The translations under genes were made by a program, and so were the position numbers. Shown piece after piece: positions 16,807 to 26,800 of a DNA stretch of 28,565 nt. Source of the DNA: Candidatus Eiseniibacteriota bacterium (GTDB lineage Bacteria; Eisenbacteria; RBG-16-71-46; SZUA-252). Every line of letters starts with the position of its first letter. The first letter of the stretch is position 1. The notes below the pieces were generated by a model that was not told where the DNA came from, did not search any database, and saw only the letters and a list, made by a program, of their open reading frames with translations. The stretch covers positions 1-28,565 of the forward strand of contig JANMQV010000070.1 of the NCBI GenBank assembly GCA_031370645.1. Direction: 5' to 3'.

Positions 16807-18320
16807 GCGCGAAACCCCGAGACTCGAAACTGAAGCGCTTCCGCGAGGTGCGGCGAGCGGACTTGATCCGACGCCGCGAGATCGGCGATCGTCCTCGCCA
16901 CGCGCCGCACGCGAAGGACGCCGCGCGCCGATATTCCGAAGTGCTCGACCGCATGGCGCAAGAGCGTCCCCTCCGCGGCGCCCAGCGCACCCCCTCGTTC
17001 GAGGTCTCCCGCGGATGCGGCGGCATTCCGCGCGGGACCGCCCCGCGCGAGCGCTCGCACGCGAGCCGCGAGGACCCGCTCACGAACGCGGGCCGAGGGT
17101 TCCCCCGCTTCGCGCGAGAGCACCTGATCCACCGGAAGCGCCGGAACTTCCAACTGGAGATCGATGCGATCGAGGATCGGTCCCGAGATCTTGAGCCAAT
17201 AGCGGCCGCAGGCGTCGTCCGGACAGTGGCAGGCGCGGCGGCGGTCGCCGCGATAGCCGCAGGGGCAAGGATTCATGGCGGCCACGAGGGAGAATGCGGC
17301 GGGGAATCGGACGGCGATGCCGGCTCTCGCGATCGTGATCGTCCCCTCCTCGAGCGGCTGGCGCAGCGCCTCAATGACGTTTCGCCGGAATTCGGGGAGT
17401 TCATCGAGGAAGAGAACGCCTCGGTGCGCGAGGCTTGCTTCGCCGGGGAGAGGACCCCGCCCTCCGCCGACGAGCCCGGCGTCCGAAATCGTGTGATGCG
17501 GCGCGCGGAAGGGCGGGAGGTAGGAGAGCGTCGCTCCGGGAGCAAGCCGCCCCGCCACCGAGTGGATGGTCGCGACGTCGATCGCTTCCTCGCTCGATAG
17601 GGGCGGCAGAATTCCCGGGAGTCTCCTCGCGAGCATCGTCTTCCCCGCTCCCGGCGGTCCCACGAGGAGCAGATTGTGCCCGCCGGCCGCCGCGATCTCG
17701 AGAGCCCGGCGCGGAAGCGCCTGACCCCGGACTTCGGAGAGATCCGCGGGTGATTCGCGGGCGGCCGCGAGCCCCGCCCCTCCATCGCCATCGTGAAATG
17801 CCGCCGCGGGAGCCTCCTCTTCGCCACGGAGCGCCACGAGCGATTCGATCGCGACCACCGAAACTTCGGGAAGCCCCTTCGCCTCCGCTCGGTTCGCGCG
17901 CGGGATCCAGACCGGCCCGCGCCCTTCGCGGCGCGCGGCGGCAAGCACCGCGAGCACTCCACGGATCGGACGCACGCCTCCATCGAGGGCGAGTTCTCCG
18001 ACGAGAACTCCCTCCTCGAGCGGCGCGCCGCGAGGGAGCTGGCCCGAGGCGAGGAGAATGGCCGCGGCGATCGGAAGATCGAATCGCGCGCCCTCCTTTC
18101 GGACGTGCGCGGGGGCGAGATTGATCGTGATGCGGCGCGCCGGAAATTCGAAGCCGCAGTTTCGAATGGCCGCCAGCACGCGCTCGCGGCTCTCGCGCAC
18201 CGCCGCGTCGGGCAGCCCTACGATGGAGAAACTGGGGAGTCCGACGCCGAGGTCAGCCTCCACGCGAACAAAGACACCGTCGATCCCGACGGTCGTGCAC
18301 GACCAGACTCGCGCCAGCAT
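16803..18320 (-). CDS. comM: YifB/ComM family Mg-chelatase-like AAA+ ATPase
   Basis: Motifs VGLPDAAVRESRERV, NLAPA..RKEG..FDLP, Walker A GPPGAGKT, FRAPHH, LFLDELPEF, MNPCPCG, ISGPILDRID. Confidence 0.94.
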   Translation of the reverse strand: MLARVWSCTTVGIDGVFVRVEADLGVGLPSFSIVGLPDAAVRESRERVLAAIRNCGFEFPARRITINLAPAHVRKEGARFDLPIAAAILLASGQLPRGAPLEEGVLVGELALDGGVRPIRGVLAVLAAARREGRGPVWIPRANRAEAKGLPEVSVVAIESLVALRGEEEAPAAAFHDGDGGAGLAAARESPADLSEVRGQALPRRALEIAAAGGHNLLLVGPPGAGKTMLARRLPGILPPLSSEEAIDVATIHSVAGRLAPGATLSYLPPFRAPHHTISDAGLVGGGRGPLPGEASLAHRGVLFLDELPEFRRNVIEALRQPLEEGTITIARAGIAVRFPAAFSLVAAMNPCPCGYRGDRRRACHCPDDACGRYWLKISGPILDRIDLQLEVPALPVDQVLSREAGEPSARVRERVLAARVRALARGGPARNAAASAGDLERGGALGAAEGTLLRHAVEHFGISARGVLRVRRVARTIADLAASDQVRSPHLAEALQFRVSGFRA

Positions 18321-18374
18321 GGGCGCTCCTGAAGCGGGGAGGTTGACTCGGGGGGATTGCCGAGAGGTGGGGAG

Positions 18375-18403
18375 AGCTTAGTCCCGCGAGCGGATGGCGT
18401 AAA
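18375..18403 (-). promoter_or_regulatory. Candidate sigma70 promoter for comM
   Basis: TTTACG-N17-TAAGCT on the minus strand in the 141-bp intergenic gap. Confidence 0.4.
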
Positions 18404-18461
18404 GAGGCGCCGCTCCCGACGCTTCGGGAACCGCTTCCGACGAAGGTTGAGCGGCGGGAAT

Positions 18462-19241
18462 TTAGCGAGCCTGGGCCAGGTGCGGCGCCAGGGCGGCGCG
18501 AAGCGCTTCGTGGCTCGGGGCCGAAGCCCAGGGGACGATCGTCCCCGCGTGCGACGGATCTCCGGGATTCGCGATCTGCGTGAAGTGGACGGAGCGCATG
18601 CCCAGCCGATTGGCGCCACCGACGTCGTGATAGAGCGAGTCCCCCACCATGGCGACTTCCTCGGGCGGGAACGGCCACCGCTCGAGCACTGAGCGGAACG
18701 CCTCCCCGCGCGGCTTCCGAATGCCGATGTCGGCCGAGACGACGAAGGGATCGAAGAACTCGCGCATGCCGAGCCGCTCCGCCACGCGCTCCACATAGCG
18801 CCCGTCCGTCGCGTTCGAGAGAAGGCCAATTCTCACGCCGGAGGAGCGAAGCGCCCCAAGCGTCGCAAGGGCGCCTCGGAGCGCCACGATGTGCTCCTCC
18901 TCGACCGAGAAGTTGACCGCGATCGCCGAACGGAGCGTCGGCCTCCCCGCGGGCGGCGCGCCGACGTCGGCCAATGCTTGCGAGAGCGACTCCTCGGCCG
19001 TGATCTCGTTCCCTTCCTGCTCGGCGGCGTTCCGGTTCCGCTCGCGAATTTCGAGGAAGCGCTCGATGAATCGCTCCTGCTGCGCGGTTGTCCCCAGGAG
19101 CGCGTGATCGGCCAGATAGGCGGCGAGGCGTTCCGCGCCCGGACGCGCGACGACATCGGCGTAGTCCGTCCGCCACGACGGCGTGGCGGCGTCGATGCCG
19201 ATGAGGGTGTTGCCGTAGTCGAAGATGACGGCTCGAAGCAT
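18462..19241 (-). CDS. HAD-superfamily hydrolase
   Basis: Motif I VIFDYGNTL, motif II LLSN, motif III RKP, motif IV MVGDSLYHDVGGA. Confidence 0.9.
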   Translation of the reverse strand: MLRAVIFDYGNTLIGIDAATPSWRTDYADVVARPGAERLAAYLADHALLGTTAQQERFIERFLEIRERNRNAAEQEGNEITAEESLSQALADVGAPPAGRPTLRSAIAVNFSVEEEHIVALRGALATLGALRSSGVRIGLLSNATDGRYVERVAERLGMREFFDPFVVSADIGIRKPRGEAFRSVLERWPFPPEEVAMVGDSLYHDVGGANRLGMRSVHFTQIANPGDPSHAGTIVPWASAPSHEALRAALAPHLAQAR

Positions 19242-19380
19242 TGGATCGCCCGTTCGGAGTATGATCGCGCGACGGAAGTGGCGAAGCGTCGCGACCGCGG
19301 AACCGCGCGTCGGGCGCACGCGGGCGCCGCGGGCCGCACTCTAGGCTCGCGGGCGAGTGAGGTCAAGCGAGGAGGACTCG

Positions 19381-20298
19381 ATGAAGGGAGCGAAGCCGGA
19401 ACGGAGCGTGGGGATCGTCGGCGCCGGCGCGCTCGGCACGCTCCTCGCCTCGGCATTCACGCAAGCGGACGTACCGGTGCGGATCCTCGTTCGCTCCCCC
19501 GAACGCGGGACGGCGGTCAAGCGGGTGGCGCCGCGGGCCGAGACGACGGAAGATCCGGCGGCGCTCTTCCCCGCCTCGGTCCTCTTCTTCTGCGTGAAGT
19601 CGTTTCAGACGGCGGATGCCGCGAACGGGATCACCCCCGCGCTACTCGAAGGACTCGTTCCGCTGGTGACGCTGCAGAACGGCTGGGGCCACCTCGATCT
19701 GCTGGAGCGTGCCCTTCCGGGTGTACCGCTCATCGCGGGGACCACGACGCTTGGCGCCTTCTGGGATGACGAGGGGGTATTCCACGCGTCAAGGGCCGGC
19801 AGCACGCTCTTCGCCCCCTGGACGCGCGCCGCCGAACCGGGAGCCGCGGTGCGGCTCTTCACCGACGCAAACCTCCGCGCCGAGAGGGCCGCGGACGCTC
19901 GCGAGATCCTCTGGAAGAAGCTCGTGCTCAACGTCGCGGTCAATCCGGTCACGGGCATTCACGGCGTGGCGAACGGAGCCGTGCTCGAGGCGCCCGCGCT
20001 TTTCGAGCTCTCCTTGGCCGCCGCCCGAGAGGCCGTGGCGGTCGGGGCGGCTCGGCGGTTTCTGCCCGCTCCCTACGAGCCGGAACCACTCCTTCGCGCC
20101 CTCCTCCGCGACACCGCCGGCAATCGCTCCTCGATGGCCGAAGATCTTGCGCGCGGGCGGACGACCGAGGCGGACGCGATTCTCGGCGCCGTCGTCCGAG
20201 AAGGGGCCGCCGCCGGAGTGCCGACTCCCATCGCCGCATCGCTCGCTGAACGCCTCGCTGTCCTCGAGTCCGCGCGCTCCACCCACCCCCGCGGATAA
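19381..20298 (+). CDS. panE: 2-dehydropantoate 2-reductase (ketopantoate reductase)
   Basis: Motifs GAGALG, VKS, LQNG, WKKLVLNVAVNP, SSMAEDLARGRTTEAD; SD GAGGAGG upstream. Confidence 0.92.
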   Translation: MKGAKPERSVGIVGAGALGTLLASAFTQADVPVRILVRSPERGTAVKRVAPRAETTEDPAALFPASVLFFCVKSFQTADAANGITPALLEGLVPLVTLQNGWGHLDLLERALPGVPLIAGTTTLGAFWDDEGVFHASRAGSTLFAPWTRAAEPGAAVRLFTDANLRAERAADAREILWKKLVLNVAVNPVTGIHGVANGAVLEAPALFELSLAAAREAVAVGAARRFLPAPYEPEPLLRALLRDTAGNRSSMAEDLARGRTTEADAILGAVVREGAAAGVPTPIAASLAERLAVLESARSTHPRG

Positions 20299-20333
20299 AA
20301 CGAAAGCGGGGTGGCCGTACCGCGCCACCCCGC
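20296..20333 (-). terminator. Rho-independent terminator of the 986-aa surface-protein gene (possibly bidirectional with panE)
   Basis: Stem GCGGGGTGGC (20306-20315) / GCCACCCCGC (20324-20333), followed on the minus strand by TTTCGTTTT. Confidence 0.8.
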
Positions 20334-20384
20334 CTCTGATCCCCGTCGTCAGGGGATCGTTCCCGTTTCTGCTCTAGCGAACGA

Positions 20385-23345
20385 TTACTTGAGAACCGTC
20401 GCCGCCTTCACCACACGTCCGCTGGGCGTGTCGAGACGGAAGAAGTAGACACCGCTCGCCACCTTCATGCCGTTATCGGACGTACCGTTCCAGGTGACGT
20501 CCTGGAAACCGGTGTCGTGCGTACCGTCGAACAGGGTCTTCACCAGGCGGCCGTTCAGGTCGAACACCTTGACCGTCACGCGACCCGGGGTGCTGATCTG
20601 GAACGATAGCGTCGTCTCGGGGTTGAGCGGATTCGGCGAAAGCGTGACCTTCTGGCCCTTGCCGTTCCCGTTGCCGCTCGCCTTGACGATGAGGGTCAGC
20701 GTCCCGCTGAAGGATCCGCCCGTCAGGAGATTCCCCTCGATCATGACGGTGACCGTATTACGCCCCGACGGAAGATCGCCGAACAGGAGTCGGAGGTCGT
20801 CCTTGCTGAAGCAGGCGCGGATTTCGCTGATGCCATTCGCGTTCTTATCGCCGTCGCCGTTCGTCTTGTCCCCGATCGCGGGGATCTCGGACACCGAGCC
20901 GGTGCCGTTGGAGATCATCTTGATCGACGAGAGATCGACGTCGGAAATCTGGAACGCGCCTCCGACCGGTTCGATCTGAACGCAGGTCGTGGGCTTGCCT
21001 GAATTGAGGTTCGTCGTGTTGTTTCCGCCCGTCGTGAACACGAGCGTCGAAAGCTCGCTCGAGATCGTCGCCGTCGTGGCATCGACGTCTTCGCAGATTC
21101 CGTCGTTTACCGTGAGGCCCACGTCGAACGTCCCTGCCGCGATGTAGGTGTGCGAGACCGAGACTCCGGTCCCCACTCCGCCGTCGCCGAACGTCCAGCT
21201 GTAGGTGAGCGCATTACCGTCGGGATCCGAGGAGCCGCTGCCGCTGACGGAAACCGCGACATTGATGATTCCCACGTACGGGCCGCCGGCATCCGCCGTC
21301 GGGCAGCGATTCACGTTGTCGACCGTGATGACGGTCGTGGCGCTGTTCGTGCCGCCATTTCCATCGCTCACGTTGAACACGACCGTGAAGGAGCCCGCCT
21401 GCGTGAAGTTCGGCGTCCAGCTGAATGCGCCCGTTCCGTTTCCGTTGTCGAGGAACGTGGCACCGCTCGGCAGACTGACCGCCGTGAGCGTCAGAGGATC
21501 GTTGTCGCCGTCACTGGCCGACACGGTGAAGGTCAACAACTGGCCTTCGTTAACGGTCGCCGTGGGCGGCGCCGTGATCGTCGGCACCAGATTCGCACTG
21601 GCGGTAACCGTGATGTTGAAGGTTTCGGAATCGACGAGGCCGTTCGCCGTCGCCGTGACCGTACCCGTGTAGCTTCCCGCGTCGCTAAGGCCGGGTGCGA
21701 GCGTGAAGGTGGTGGTGACCGTGCCCGCGCCCGAGGTCGGCAGATTCAGGGTGCCGAATGCGGGGAGCGTGGCGGAGAGTAGGATCGTGTCACCGTTAGG
21801 ATCGGTAGCGCTGATCGGATAGTTCGTGCTCGTGCCCTCGGCGATCGTCTTCGCTCCGATGGCCGCGAGGACCGGGGGCGAATCGCCCGCGCCGGAGACG
21901 ATGATCTGGAAGTTATGGGTGTCCGAGGTCGTGCCGGCCGACGCCATGATGGAGACCGCGTAGGGCGAACCCGCCGCGTCGCCAACAACCGGCGAAGCCG
22001 TGACCGTGGTCGACACGGAGCCCACTCCGGACGTCGGAGGATTCAAGACGGCGAATGCCGGGAATCCGCTCGGCGTGAGCGAGATGGCGTCCCCGTCAGG
22101 GTCGGTGGCCGATACCGGCGTGCTGGCCGTGGCACCTTCCGCAACGATGATGTCGGCGATCGGATTCAATTGCACGGTGCGATCCGTGTTGGAGATCGTG
22201 ACGGCTGTCGACGCCGTATCCGAACCCCCAAGAAAATCGTTCGCGGTCCAATTGATCGTATAGGAACCCGCCTCAATATAACTCGGCGTGCCGCTCAGCG
22301 TGATTGTCGGATCCGAAGAGGGTCCGGCGCTGCTTGCGGCCAGGAAGAACGGGGCATTGTTGGTCTGCGAGAGCCCGACGTTATCGTCGTCGGGATCCGT
22401 GGCGGAAGCGGTGACCGAGATCGCGATGCCTTCCGCGCCGCCCTCATTCGCCGGAGCCGTGATGACGGGGGGTCGATTGACGTTCGCCACGGTGAGAACC
22501 GTCGTCGCCGTCGCTGAGCCCGTCGTATTGTCAACGGCGATCCAGTTGACGGTGTAGACACCGGACTCGCTGAGGTTCGGGGTGCCCGAAAGCGTGATGC
22601 TCGGATTCGCGCTCGGGCCGTTCGAGGCCAGGCCGGTCATGAACGACGCGTTATTCGTCTGCGACAGCGTGACCGGATCGGCGTCGGGATCGATGGCCGA
22701 GCCCGTGATCAAGACGGCTACCGCTTCCGTCCCGCTAACGGTCGCCGGCGCCGTAATCACCGGATTCGCGTTGACGGGGCCGCTGGTGTGCGTGCCGTCG
22801 ACGTCGACCCAATCCGTGCCTAGTTTGTAGGTGTTATCGAGATCGATTCCCTCGCAAAGCGAGCCGAAGGACGTGAAGCCCGGCGGATTCACCGTCGAGC
22901 TCGGGACGATCGAGAGGACCGCCCCGGTGGCGATGCCGGAAAGCGCGAGACGCCCGAGTTTGTACGATCCGGCGACCTGCTGCGGACCCGAACGCCCGTG
23001 ATAGGCGTCGGTGCCGGAGGTGAAGTCACCGAAGCCGCCCGGGAATCCGAGGCCATCGGTCCAGGCTCCGAGCGTCATCGCAGCGCCGCTCGAACGAACC
23101 ATGAACTCGTAGGAGTTCATCGTCAGTTCCGAGCCGGACGCGTTGCAGACGGCCGCCGAGCCGTTCTTGTTCACGTTCGTACGAAGATAGATGTCGACAC
23201 CCGTGCTGGACGACGTGAGGACGTCGGCGGCCGTGTTGACGCCGTCGCCGTTCACGTCGAGGTACATGTACTGGGCGGACGCCGTGGCGGCGAATGCCGA
23301 CAGACATACCGCGGATACGATCAGGAGACGAATTACAGACTTCAT
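20385..23345 (-). CDS. Large secreted protein: N-terminal Ca-loop domain, 5 Ig/cadherin-like repeats, PKD, a conserved beta domain and a FlgD-Ig/T9SS-like C-terminal domain
   Basis: 986 aa. SD GGGAGG and signal peptide ending ASA-Q. DPD Ca motifs in the repeats; PKD motif AGGPY...SSDPDG..LTYSWTFGDG; C-terminus PNPLNP...VFDLNGRLVKTL...WNG...ASGVYFFRL. Confidence 0.92.
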   Translation of the reverse strand: MKSVIRLLIVSAVCLSAFAATASAQYMYLDVNGDGVNTAADVLTSSSTGVDIYLRTNVNKNGSAAVCNASGSELTMNSYEFMVRSSGAAMTLGAWTDGLGFPGGFGDFTSGTDAYHGRSGPQQVAGSYKLGRLALSGIATGAVLSIVPSSTVNPPGFTSFGSLCEGIDLDNTYKLGTDWVDVDGTHTSGPVNANPVITAPATVSGTEAVAVLITGSAIDPDADPVTLSQTNNASFMTGLASNGPSANPSITLSGTPNLSESGVYTVNWIAVDNTTGSATATTVLTVANVNRPPVITAPANEGGAEGIAISVTASATDPDDDNVGLSQTNNAPFFLAASSAGPSSDPTITLSGTPSYIEAGSYTINWTANDFLGGSDTASTAVTISNTDRTVQLNPIADIIVAEGATASTPVSATDPDGDAISLTPSGFPAFAVLNPPTSGVGSVSTTVTASPVVGDAAGSPYAVSIMASAGTTSDTHNFQIIVSGAGDSPPVLAAIGAKTIAEGTSTNYPISATDPNGDTILLSATLPAFGTLNLPTSGAGTVTTTFTLAPGLSDAGSYTGTVTATANGLVDSETFNITVTASANLVPTITAPPTATVNEGQLLTFTVSASDGDNDPLTLTAVSLPSGATFLDNGNGTGAFSWTPNFTQAGSFTVVFNVSDGNGGTNSATTVITVDNVNRCPTADAGGPYVGIINVAVSVSGSGSSDPDGNALTYSWTFGDGGVGTGVSVSHTYIAAGTFDVGLTVNDGICEDVDATTATISSELSTLVFTTGGNNTTNLNSGKPTTCVQIEPVGGAFQISDVDLSSIKMISNGTGSVSEIPAIGDKTNGDGDKNANGISEIRACFSKDDLRLLFGDLPSGRNTVTVMIEGNLLTGGSFSGTLTLIVKASGNGNGKGQKVTLSPNPLNPETTLSFQISTPGRVTVKVFDLNGRLVKTLFDGTHDTGFQDVTWNGTSDNGMKVASGVYFFRLDTPSGRVVKAATVLK

Positions 23346-23453
23346 GTCTTCCTCCCTAAGCTGAGTGACGGTGGATTGTTGAGGTGAAGTCGAACCGGGG
23401 ATCGTCCCCGAATCCGAAATCGTCGAATGGGCCTTGAAGTCCCAAGAGGGCTC

Positions 23454-23510
23454 TCAGCCGACCCGGACGAGGCGTGGGTTGTCGATGATTGCGGGGGGAC
23501 TCTCATCCAT
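23454..23510 (-). CDS. Putative 18-aa leader peptide MDESPPAIIDNPRLVRVG
   Basis: SD GAGGAG (23518-23523) sits 7 nt before ATG 23510; TGA at 23456-23454. The ORF lies between the sigma54-like promoter and the 986-aa gene. Confidence 0.4.
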   Translation of the reverse strand: MDESPPAIIDNPRLVRVG

Positions 23511-23562
23511 GGTGTCGCTCCTCAACGGGTGGTGGGTGGCTGTGGACGATGTCGCCACTAGG

Positions 23563-23578
23563 GCAGGAATGGTGCCAA
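23563..23578 (-). promoter_or_regulatory. Sigma54 (RpoN) -24/-12 promoter
   Basis: Minus-strand TTGGCACCATTCCTGC gives GG-N10-GC and is close to the consensus TGGCACG-N4-TTGC. It is intergenic and oriented toward the 986-aa gene. Confidence 0.65.
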
Positions 23579-23756
23579 GAGGAGGAATCGTGCGTGGCGT
23601 GGTCGCAGGACCGCGCCGAAACAGCGTTTGCCCGCCCTCACCGCAATCTCGCGCGGTGATTCAGACTGGAATTCCCCGTCGACGATTCTACAAAGCGGCG
23701 CGTGAACTACAAATGTGCGTGGGCGTCAGCGAGGACTGAGGTGAGGCGATTCCCGA

Positions 23757-23794
23757 TAAAACGAGAGCGGGGTGGCCAAACCGCGCCACCCCGC
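23757..23794 (-). terminator. Rho-independent terminator of the larger surface-protein gene
   Basis: The same 10-bp stem GCGGGGTGGC/GCCACCCCGC (23767-23776 / 23785-23794), followed on the minus strand by TCTCGTTTT. Confidence 0.78.
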
Positions 23795-23845
23795 CTCTGA
23801 TCCCCCTCGACGGAGGATTTTCTTCGATTCGACTCTAGCGAAGTA

Positions 23846-26800
23846 CTACTTCAGTACCGTCGCCGCCATCGTCACGCGTCCGTTCGGCGTATCGAGACGG
23901 AAGAAGTAGACACCGCTCGCGACCTTCACGCCGCTGTCGGACGTGCCGTTCCACCTGAGGTCCTGGAATCCGGCGCCGCGCGTTTCGTCGAGCAGCGTCT
24001 TCACCAGGCGTCCGTTCAGGTCGTACACCTTCACGGTCACACGCCCCGGCGTCTTGGTCTGGAACGAGAGCGTCGTTTCCGGATTGAGCGGATTCGGAGA
24101 GATCATCGCCGAGAGCGCGCTACCGGTCGACTTGACCGTCGTCGTCAGGAGCCCGCGGAACGTGCCGCCGGTCGTGAGCGTTCCTTCGATCGCCACGGTG
24201 ACCGTATTCCGGCCCGCCGGGAGATCGCTGAAGAGGTGCCGCAGATCCGCCTTCGCGAAGCAGGCGCGGATCTCGCTCACACCGTTCGAATTCTTGTCGC
24301 CGTCCACCGTCGTCTTCCCCGCGATCGCAAGGATCTGAGATACCGATCCGGTGCCGTCCGAAATCATCCGGATCGTCGAGAGATCGACGTCGGAGAGAGC
24401 GAACGAACCGCTGACCGGCTCGATCTGAACGCAGGTGGTCGGCTTGCCTGAGCCGAGGCTGGTCGAGTTGTTTCCGCCCGTCGTGAAGACGTGGGCCGGA
24501 AGCTCTGTGACGATCGTGGCCGTGGTGGTCGCGGTCGCCTGGCAGGCACCGTCATCGACGACCAGCACAACGGTGTAGGTGTTCGCCGTAGCGTAGGTGT
24601 GACTCGGCGAAGCTCCGTTGACGAGCGACACACCGTCACCGAAGTCCCACGTGTAGGTGAGAACGTCGCCGTCAGCATCCGACGAACCGGCGCCGTTGAA
24701 GGCGACCGGGATGCCGATGATGCCCGAGTACGGACCGCCAGCGTTGGCTACCGGGCAACGGTTGACGTTATCGACCGTGATCGAGAAGGACTTGGTGTCG
24801 TTGGCAGTGCCGTCCGAGACGCGGACGGTGCCCGTGTAGCTGCCCGCATCGGTGAAGCCGGGCGCGAGCGTCACGAGACCCGAAGCCGAGACCGACATGA
24901 AGAACGGCGTCGTTCCGACCTTGGAGTACGTGAGCGGATCGCCGTCCGGATCGCTTCCGACGAGCTGCTGCGTCGCCGTATCGCCCTCGTTGACCGTCAT
25001 ATCGGTCGGCTGCGTGAGGGTCGGGGCGCTGTTGGTATTGGAGATGGTGATGGTCGTCGTCGCCGACGCCGTGCCCGTCGTGTTGTCCACCGCGCTCCAG
25101 TTGACCGTGTAGACACCGGCGTCACTGAGGCCAGGGGCACCCGACAGGGTGATGCTCGGGTTCAACGCCGGGCCGGCCGAAGCCGCACCGGTGAGGAACG
25201 CCGCGTTGTTCGTCTGCGACAGCGTCACGTTGTCGCCGTCCGGATCGGACGCCGAGCCCGTGATCGAAAGCGCCACGCCTTCCGTGCCGCTGACCGTCAA
25301 CGGAGCCGTGATGACCGGGTTCCGGTTGAAGCCGCCGATCGTGACAGCGGTGGTGGCCGACGCCGTGCCCGTCGAGTTATCCACCGCGCTCCAGTTGATC
25401 GTGTAGGTCCCGGCCTGGCTGAAGTTCGGCGTGCCCGACAGGGTGATGCTCGGCGCCGCGGAAGGACCGGCCGAAGCCGGGCCAGCGAGGAACGGAGCGT
25501 TGTTCGTCTGTGACAGCGTCACGTTATCCGCATCCGGATCGGAAGCCGAACCCGTGACCGAGATCGAGGCGTTTTCAATACCGCTCGCCGTCGCCGGAGC
25601 CGTGATGACCGGGTTCCGGTTGACGTTGGCGATCGTGACGGTCGTTGCGACCGGGGTCGCGATGCCCGCCGGGGTGAAGTCGTCGGTCGCCGTCCAGTTG
25701 ATCGTATAGCTCCCGGACTGGCTGAAGTTCGGCGTGCCGGAGAGCGTGATGCTCGGCGCCGCCGAAGGGCCGTTCGAGGCCGGGCCCGCGAGGAACGCCG
25801 CGTTGTTTGTCTGCGAGAGCGTCACGAGCTGACCCGCGTCGGCATCCGACGCCGAGCCGGTGATCGAGATCGCCGCGTTTTCCGCACCGCTCGCCGTCGC
25901 CGGGGCGACGATGACCGGCTTGAAGTTCGTGAGACCGATCGTGATCTCCGTCGTCGCCGTCGCAGGGCCCCCGGTGGCATCCACCGCGCTCCAGTTGATC
26001 GTAAAGGCGCCCGTCTGCGTGGCGCTCGGAGTGCCGCCGAGCGTGATGCTCGGGGCAAGCACCGGGCCGGCCGATGCCGGACCGGTGAGGAAGGGAGCAT
26101 TGTTCGTCTGCGAAAGCGTCACGGTCTGGCCGTCAGGATCGGAAGCCGAACCCGTAATCGAGATCGGATCGCCCGTCGACCCGCTCACCGAAGCCGGAGC
26201 CGTGATGACCGGGTTCCGGTTGAGGTTCGTGATCGTGACGGTCGTCGCGACCGGGGTCGCCGTTCCCGCCGGAACGTTCGCGTCAACAGCCGTCCAGTTG
26301 ATCGTGTAGGTACCAGACTGCGCGAAGCTCGGCGTGCCCGTGAGCGTGATGCTCGGGGCGAGAGCCGGGCCGTTCGAGCTGGAAGCCGTGAAGAACGGAG
26401 CATTGTTCGTCTGCGACAGGGTCACGTTCTGAGCGTCGGGATCCGACGCCGAACCCGTAACCGAGATCGAGGCGTTCTCAGGACCGCTCGCCGTCGCCGG
26501 AGCCGTGATAACCGGATTCCGGTTCGTGTTCGCGATCGTGAGGGTCGTGGTGACCGGGGAAGCCGTACCGACCGGGGTACCGGTATCGATGGCCGTCCAG
26601 TTGATCGTGTAGGTACCAGACTGCGCGAAGCTCGGCGTGCCCGTGAGCGTGATGCTCGGAGCAGCCAAGGGACCGGCAGAGCTGGAAGCCGTGAAGAACG
26701 GAGCATTGTTCGTCTGCGACAGCGTGACCAGGTTTCCAGCATCCGGATCGGACGCGGAACCCGTCACTGAAACCGACGCGTTCTCCGCACCGCTCGCCGT

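Noticed and set aside
16803-18320. comM as an integration site for a mobile element
   Set aside because: The gene is intact and no integrase or att-like repeats are visible.
23434-23739. Plus-strand 101-aa ORF in the spacer between the paralogs
   Set aside because: It has a TTG start with no SD and no recognisable features, and it is antisense to the promoter and leader elements.
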